A DNA stretch of 64,000 bases, taken from NCBI GenBank assembly GCA_951406725.2, contig OX597822.1, forward strand, positions 86,552,001 through 86,616,000, read 5' to 3'. The position numbers were made by a program, and so were the translations under genes. Every line of letters begins with the position of its first letter. Positions within the stretch are counted from its first letter, which is position 1. Under the pieces are notes generated by a model. The model saw only the letters and a program-made list of their open reading frames with translations, did not search any database and had not been told where the DNA came from. Origin of the DNA: Octopus vulgaris (taxonomy: Eukaryota). This document shows positions 63,897 through 64,000 of the stretch, in pieces.

Positions 63897-64000
63897 AAAC
63901 TGCATAGTCCAATACTTATAGTTACCATTAAGTTATACTCAAAGGCAAAAAACTGCATAGTTCAATACTTATAGTTACCATTAAGTTATACTCAAAGGCA
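63897..64000. repeat. 53-bp tandem repeat running off the window end
   Basis: aaactgcatagt(c/t)caatacttatagttaccattaagttatactcaaaggcaaa, two copies with one mismatch. Confidence 0.85.

Overview
AT-rich, repeat-dense eukaryotic genomic DNA with spliceosomal genes. The SINE, RTE and microsatellite landscape looks like a coleoid cephalopod such as Octopus (inference). Three host genes are supported. (1) A + strand multi-exon patatin-like phospholipase: 11 exons in the window (211-32735), about 460 aa, 5' end outside the window. It has the GASAG nucleophile and DGG motifs plus an EF-hand insertion. (2) An intronless ANKMY2 (ankyrin + MYND) on the - strand (39813-41045). (3) The last seven coding exons of ATP-citrate lyase (ACLY) on the - strand (54973-63107). 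The rest is mostly transposable elements: a near-complete CR1-type LINE (PHD/polyQ/RRM ORF1 + APE-RT ORF2) and an inverted fragment of it, a truncated Gypsy element with its 3' LTR, a solo LTR with TSD, RTE remnants, a Tc1 element, a mariner split by a Helitron, Helitron RepHel remnants, two divergent Merlin/IS1595-like transposase pseudogenes, MITEs, tRNA-derived SINEs, minisatellites and microsatellites. No CRISPR array, rRNA or genuine tRNA was seen. The best candidate for an undescribed system is the bacterial-type patatin carrying an EF-hand module. All coordinates were read by eye and no database searches were run.
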